Assembly: GCA_035650735.1 (NCBI GenBank)
Contig: DASRGZ010000040.1
Coordinates: forward strand, 46,507-66,506
Source of the DNA: Chthonomonadaceae bacterium
Lineage (GTDB): Bacteria > Armatimonadota > Chthonomonadetes > Chthonomonadales > Chthonomonadaceae
DNA: 20,000 nt
Direction: 5' to 3'
Position 1 is the first letter of the stretch; every line of letters begins with the position of its first letter. Below, piece by piece: positions 15,679-20,000 of the stretch. The notes under the pieces were generated by a model. The model saw only the letters and a program-made list of their open reading frames with translations, had not been told where the DNA came from and made no database searches. A program made the translations under genes and the position numbers.

Positions 15679-16554
15679 TTAGCCGCCGGGAGGGGCCGTC
15701 GTGTTGGGATTGGCCGGTGCGCCGGTATTGGCGGCTGGTGCCGTGATGTGCGGCATGGGCTGCGGCGCGGCAATCGGTATCAGGGTTGTATAGGTTGCGG
15801 GCGTGCCGTCCGTCCGGCGCAGCGCCAGCGACACCTCCACCGCGCCGGGCAGGGCGCTGTCGCCCGTGCCGCTGTCAGCCTGCCCTGTCCCGCCGGAGGG
15901 CGCGGTGCCGTTCGCATCCTCCTGTCCGCTCGGTGCGCTGCCCTGCGTTGTCGGCTGGCCTGCCGCCTGATTCGGCTGTTCAAAATCCCAGTCGCTGCGC
16001 CAGGCGCGGGCGTTGGCATCCCAGAAGCGCAGGTTCAGCGCCAGCACCCGCCGCGATAGGATATTGGTCGGAGAGGGAGTCGCTTGCATCACAACCTGCG
16101 GATTGGGCACAGCGTTCTCCACGCGCAGCAGCGTGCCCGTGTTGGCATCCAGGTCGTAGCGTACCAGCGCGCAATCGGATTGCGGCAGCGCCGCCGATTC
16201 GTCCTGCGCGCCGCCTGCCGGATTCGCCTCGGCCTCAATGCGGTGCGAAAGTGTCGTTAGCAGGAGCAGGCTGCCTCCGGCGGCGCGCGGCCCCTGCCCT
16301 CCGCCCGCGATAAACACGGAGTCCGGGTCGTTCAGGGAGCCGTAAGCGGCGGTCAGGTCGCGGCTCAGCGTGGCAAAGAGGGCGCTCGCTTCCTCCTGAT
16401 CCTCCTGGCGCTGCGTGGAGGCAGTATGCGCCCGCAGGGCCACCGAGAGCGCCAGGCCGGTGGCAAAGCTGATAACGCCGAAGATGACCAGCGCGACGAT
16501 CACCTCCAGCAGAGTAAAGCCAGGCCGCTCTTTCCCCCTCCGGCGTATCCTCAT
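15679..16554 (-). CDS. gspJ: Minor pseudopilin GspJ, 291 aa
   Basis: G|FTLLEVIVAL, L.RDL, VRY.L....LLR, L.LRFWD....WRSDW, LPGAVEVSL. ATGA overlap with the gspI stop. Confidence 0.88.
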   Translation of the reverse strand: MRIRRRGKERPGFTLLEVIVALVIFGVISFATGLALSVALRAHTASTQRQEDQEEASALFATLSRDLTAAYGSLNDPDSVFIAGGGQGPRAAGGSLLLLTTLSHRIEAEANPAGGAQDESAALPQSDCALVRYDLDANTGTLLRVENAVPNPQVVMQATPSPTNILSRRVLALNLRFWDANARAWRSDWDFEQPNQAAGQPTTQGSAPSGQEDANGTAPSGGTGQADSGTGDSALPGAVEVSLALRRTDGTPATYTTLIPIAAPQPMPHITAPAANTGAPANPNTTAPPGG

Positions 16555-16934
16555 GGTTGCTGCTCCTGTGGCTTACGCAGGAACGTGGTGTAGACGCGCT
16601 CGTAGGGATGGCCCACCGGCCCCCAGCGGAGGGTGAGCGTCACCTTGAACAGGTCGGGATATCCGGTAGTCTCCACGCTTTGCCGCCAGAGGTAGCCGGG
16701 ATACTCCGCGCCGAAGTTGCCCTGCTGCTCCCCGCCAACCAGCGCCTCCGGCTGCAACTCCACCTCGGTCAGCCTGCGCCGGGCCAGGAGCGCCGCCGTC
16801 TGGATCTGCTCGGCCATGCCGGAGGCGCGCGTTGCCGTGGAAATAGCGGTTAGCGCGCCGACCACCCCGATAGCCAGCAGCAGCGTGGCGACGATCATCT
16901 CGATGAGCGTGAAACCGCGCTTTGATCTCCTCAT
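16551..16934 (-). CDS. gspI: Minor pseudopilin GspI, 127 aa
   Basis: G|FTLIEMIVATLLLAIG, A..LARRRL.E, Y.WRQSV, LFKVTLTLRW. ATGA overlap with the gspH stop. Confidence 0.85.
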   Translation of the reverse strand: MRRSKRGFTLIEMIVATLLLAIGVVGALTAISTATRASGMAEQIQTAALLARRRLTEVELQPEALVGGEQQGNFGAEYPGYLWRQSVETTGYPDLFKVTLTLRWGPVGHPYERVYTTFLRKPQEQQP

Positions 16935-17479
16935 GGCGCTTCTCCGGCGGCGCTGTCATCCACCGTAACGCGCCCCGTGCTGGGTGCCACGACGACGTTC
17001 GCCATGTAGCCTGACTGGCTGACAACCGTCACCACCGCGCCCTCGTTGCTGCCGTCGCCGTGAAAGTGCAGGGCCATGCCATTCGTGCCTTCCCCCGTCA
17101 CAAGGCGCGCAATGGCAAGCTCTTCTCGCAGCGCCAGGCCGCGCGGCGCAGGAGCGGAGGGAGCCGCCGCGACCGCATCTAGCGCGCCTGCCCCGCCCAG
17201 GGCGACCGGCTGATCGGTCGGCGGCGGAGGCGGCGCTACCGTGACCGCCAGCGCTCCCTGCTGCGGGTCGAAGGTCACGGTGGCCGTCGTGTCGTTGGCA
17301 ATGGCCTGCTCGCGGGCGTAGGTCAGCAGGTCGCGCACGGCGGCGACCCCGCCCTCAAAGCGCGTCCGATCCCAGAACCGGCCATAGGCGGGCACAAGAA
17401 GGCTGCTCATGACGGCGATGATGATGATGACCATGAGCAGCTCGATCAGCGTGAAGCCGCGCGGCAGAGGACGGGACAT
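16931..17479 (-). CDS. gspH: Minor pseudopilin GspH/FimT-like, 182 aa
   Basis: G|FTLIELLMVIIIIAVM, L.YAREQAI, F.GDGS, and C-terminal TGRV; lies between gspG and gspI. Confidence 0.85.
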   Translation of the reverse strand: MSRPLPRGFTLIELLMVIIIIAVMSSLLVPAYGRFWDRTRFEGGVAAVRDLLTYAREQAIANDTTATVTFDPQQGALAVTVAPPPPPTDQPVALGGAGALDAVAAAPSAPAPRGLALREELAIARLVTGEGTNGMALHFHGDGSNEGAVVTVVSQSGYMANVVVAPSTGRVTVDDSAAGEAP

Positions 17480-17488
17480 GGCAGGGGC

Positions 17489-17926
17489 CTACTTCTTTTG
17501 CAGGTTCCAGCTCTGGATGTCGTCATTCGTGCCGGGCTGTCCGTCCGGGCCGGTAGAGCTGATCTCATATTCGCGGCCATCGCTGCCCGGTTGCCGGTAG
17601 ACATAGGGATGGTTCCAGGGATCGAGCGGAATGGAAGACTGGTTTTTCAGGTACGGCCCGTTCCATTTGGGGACGCCGGGGTTGGTGATGAGCACGTTCA
17701 ATCCCTGCTCAACGGTCGGGTACTGGCCCGTATCGGCTCGATAGAGATCCAGCGCCGTATCAAAGGATTGAATGGTAGCGATGGCGCTGGAGACGCGCGC
17801 ATCGTCGGTGCGATGAATGACGTTGGGAATGACGACCGCCGCCAGCACCGCCAGAATGATGATGACCACGATCAACTCTATCAGCGTAAAGCCGCGTGCG
17901 CGCCGCCTTAGCATGCGTTCTCTCAC
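17489..17926 (-). CDS. gspG: Major pseudopilin GspG, about 145 aa
   Basis: G|FTLIELIVVIIILAVLAAVVIP, ALDLYRADTGQYPT.EQGL, WNGPYL, P.DPWNHPYVY, S.GPDGQPGT.DDI. GTG start with AAGGAG upstream; ATG 17914 is an alternative. Confidence 0.95.
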   Translation of the reverse strand: MRERMLRRRARGFTLIELIVVIIILAVLAAVVIPNVIHRTDDARVSSAIATIQSFDTALDLYRADTGQYPTVEQGLNVLITNPGVPKWNGPYLKNQSSIPLDPWNHPYVYRQPGSDGREYEISSTGPDGQPGTNDDIQSWNLQKK

Positions 17927-17997
17927 CTTGCCTTCTCCTTACAATAGAGATAACAGTTCCATTCTGCCCGTACCAGAGACTTACCTAACCTCCCGTC

Positions 17998-18019
17998 GCG
18001 GCAGGCTGAACCCTGCCGC
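17998..18019. other. GC-rich stem-loop in the gspF-gspG intergenic region
   Basis: GCGGCAGG-CTGAAC-CCTGCCGC, an 8-bp perfect stem with no U-tract. Confidence 0.45.
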
Positions 18020-18070
18020 TTGCCAACCGCCCGTCGTCGAGAAAAGCCGGGTCTCCCCTCTCCCGCAGGT

Positions 18071-19390
18071 CTATTTGACGATGGTGCTGGCCTGGAAGAT
18101 GGGCAGCAGGATCGACATCACCACAAACGCCACGAACCCGCCCATCAGCAGGACGACCACCGGTTCGACCAGGCTGGTCAAGCGTCGCATGGCCGTATCC
18201 ACCTCAAAATCCAGCGTATCCGCCGTGCGAATCAGCATGTGCGGCAGGCGTCCGGTCTCTTCCCCCACCGCCGTCATGTGCTTGACGACGGGCAGGAACT
18301 CGCCGGCGCGCTCCATCGCCTCGTGGAGCGTTTCGCCCTGCCGCACCCCGCCGCGCGCCGCCAGGATCGCCTCGGTGGCGACCCGGTTGCCGACCGCTGA
18401 GGCAGAAATCTCCATCGCCTCCAGGATGGGCACGCCGCCGCCAAGCAGCGTGCCCAGCGTTCGTACCAGCCGGGCGGCCACGATCTTCTGCATCAGCGTG
18501 CCAAAGAGCGGCGCGCGCAGCCGGAACCCGTCGAAAGCGCGGCGTCCGGCGTCCGTGGCGATCCAGGCTCGAAACCCGTAGTAGGCCGCCGCCAGGCCGA
18601 GCAGAAGCGCCCATCCCCAGTGGGTCAGAAAGCCCGCGAGGCCCAGCAGTATCCGCGTTGGCAGGGGCAGCGTCGATCCCAATTCGCTGAACACGCTGGC
18701 CAGCCGGGGAATGACGAAGATCAACAGGCACGTCACCGCCAGCACCGCCACGCAGATAAGCACCATCGGATAGGTGAGCGCGGCCATTATCTGGCTGCGG
18801 CGCACCTGCTCCTTCTCCATAAACGTCGCCAGCCGGAGCATCACGTCCGCCAACTGGCCGGAGACCTCTCCGGCGCGCACCATGTTGACGAAGAGTTGGG
18901 GAAACTCGCGCGGAAATTTTGCCAACGCCGCCGAGAGCGGCTGCCCGGCGCGGATGTCGCCCTGCATGGCCGTGAGCATGGCGCGCACCGGCTCACTGTC
19001 GGTCTGCTCGATCAGAACGGAGAAGGCGCGATCCATCGGCAGCCCCGCATCCAGCAGGTCGGCCATCTCGCGGGTAAAGAGCAGCACATGAAGCCGGGTG
19101 ACCTTTTTGCCCCTGCCGCCCGACGCCGCCCTGCCCTCCGTCCGCTCTGCTGGCGGGCGCGTCAGGGCCGGGGCCGCCGCGCCGTCCCTGCCGTTGGCGC
19201 GCGCGCTGCCGTTGCGGGCCGCTGCTGCCGCCGCCGGCCCATTGGAAGCCGTCTTGCCGTTGAGGATGCGGGTCGGATAGATGCCGAGCGCGCGCACCTT
19301 GACGGCGGCCTCCGCCGTGTCGCGGGCCGTAATGGTGCCGGTGGCGGGTTTGCCGGAGCGATCCAGCGCTTCGTAGGTAAACTCAGGCAT
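18071..19390 (-). CDS. gspF: T2SS inner-membrane platform protein GspF, 439 aa
   Basis: MPEFTYEALD..G, FTREMADLLDAGLP, MVRAGEVSGQL, ALTYP, GEETGRL, LVEP....MG..V, ILLPIF. Confidence 0.93.
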   Translation of the reverse strand: MPEFTYEALDRSGKPATGTITARDTAEAAVKVRALGIYPTRILNGKTASNGPAAAAAARNGSARANGRDGAAAPALTRPPAERTEGRAASGGRGKKVTRLHVLLFTREMADLLDAGLPMDRAFSVLIEQTDSEPVRAMLTAMQGDIRAGQPLSAALAKFPREFPQLFVNMVRAGEVSGQLADVMLRLATFMEKEQVRRSQIMAALTYPMVLICVAVLAVTCLLIFVIPRLASVFSELGSTLPLPTRILLGLAGFLTHWGWALLLGLAAAYYGFRAWIATDAGRRAFDGFRLRAPLFGTLMQKIVAARLVRTLGTLLGGGVPILEAMEISASAVGNRVATEAILAARGGVRQGETLHEAMERAGEFLPVVKHMTAVGEETGRLPHMLIRTADTLDFEVDTAMRRLTSLVEPVVVLLMGGFVAFVVMSILLPIFQASTIVK

Positions 19391-19396
19391 GTTCCT

Positions 19397-20000
19397 CTAG
19401 AGGTCGAAGTTCTCGCGCTGACAGACGCGCAGCACTTCCTGGATAGTCGTCAGCCCTTGCAGCACCTTCTCGCGCCCATCCTGGAGCATACTGACCATGT
19501 CCTGATTCTGCTGGGCGTACTGCTTGATGACGGCGGCGGGCTGACGCTCGACGATCATGCGGCGGATGGCTTCGTCCACGATAAGCATCTCGTAGATGCC
19601 CGTCCGGCCACGGAAGCCGACGCCCCGGCACTCCGGGCAGCCTTTGCCGCGCATCAGGGGCCGGCACCGCGCCAACTCCGGATCGATCCCGATATCGCGC
19701 AGCACCTCCGGCTTCTCCTCGTAGGGCGCGCGGCAGCGCGGGCAGTTGACGCGCACGAGCCGCTGCGCCACCGTGCCGATCAGCGACGAGGCCACCAGAT
19801 AGGGCTCCGCGCCCATATCCAGCAGGCGGCTGACGGCGCCCGCCGCGTCGTTGGTGTGCAGCGTGGAAAAGACCAGGTGGCCGGTCAGCGCGGCATGGAT
19901 AGCGATCTCGACGGTCTCTGTGTCGCGGATCTCGCCGACCATGATGATATCCGGGTCTTGCCGGACGATATGGCGCAGGCCGCTGGCAAAGGTCAGGCCG
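19397..20000 (-). CDS. gspE: T2SS ATPase GspE, C-terminal part (5' end beyond the window)
   Basis: Frame stays open to the edge: from 19999 it reads [26 protein letters not shown]...[17 protein letters not shown]...AQRLVR. Zinc motif CPRC...CPEC, then [10 protein letters not shown]. Confidence 0.93.
   Translation of the reverse strand, partial: GLTFASGLRHIVRQDPDIIMVGEIRDTETVEIAIHAALTGHLVFSTLHTNDAAGAVSRLLDMGAEPYLVASSLIGTVAQRLVRVNCPRCRAPYEEKPEVLRDIGIDPELARCRPLMRGKGCPECRGVGFRGRTGIYEMLIVDEAIRRMIVERQPAAVIKQYAQQNQDMVSMLQDGREKVLQGLTTIQEVLRVCQRENFDL

Noticed and set aside
17950..17980. Sigma54 promoter upstream of gspG (TGGTACG on the minus strand)
   Set aside because: No TGC -12 element at the required spacing.
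7079..20000. Type IV pilus cluster rather than T2SS
   Set aside because: GspG-specific (WNGPYL, DPW) and GspK-specific motifs and the G-H-I-J-K order indicate T2SS; no pilT is visible.

Overview
High-GC bacterial window (inferred to be Armatimonadota-like) with three blocks. (1) 1-3874, minus strand: a prokaryotic ubiquitin-like/proteasome locus, arc (AAA+ proteasomal ATPase) -> dop (deamidase/depupylase) -> a small UBact-type modifier gene. The modifier gene is missing from the ORF track and runs off the left edge. A 154-bp CAGGAT-based inverted-repeat element sits between arc and dop. (2) 3952-6931, plus strand, divergent from arc: a HEAT-repeat protein and an S41/PDZ peptidase without a signal peptide, followed by a composite REP-like hairpin cluster at the convergent junction (6920-7068). 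(3) 7079-20000, minus strand: a type II secretion operon in the order gspE(partial)-F-G-H-I-J-K-L-M-C-like-D. Many components carry long Pro/Gly-rich insertions. The secretin has an extra N-domain and an RRxF signal peptide, and the GspK leader appears to read in frame through a cluster of DNA repeats. The most notable item is the UBact-proteasome module, whose ATPase lacks the C-terminal HbYX/GQYL motif and whose Dop has HEGY in place of HENY. All assignments come from motif recognition; no searches were run.
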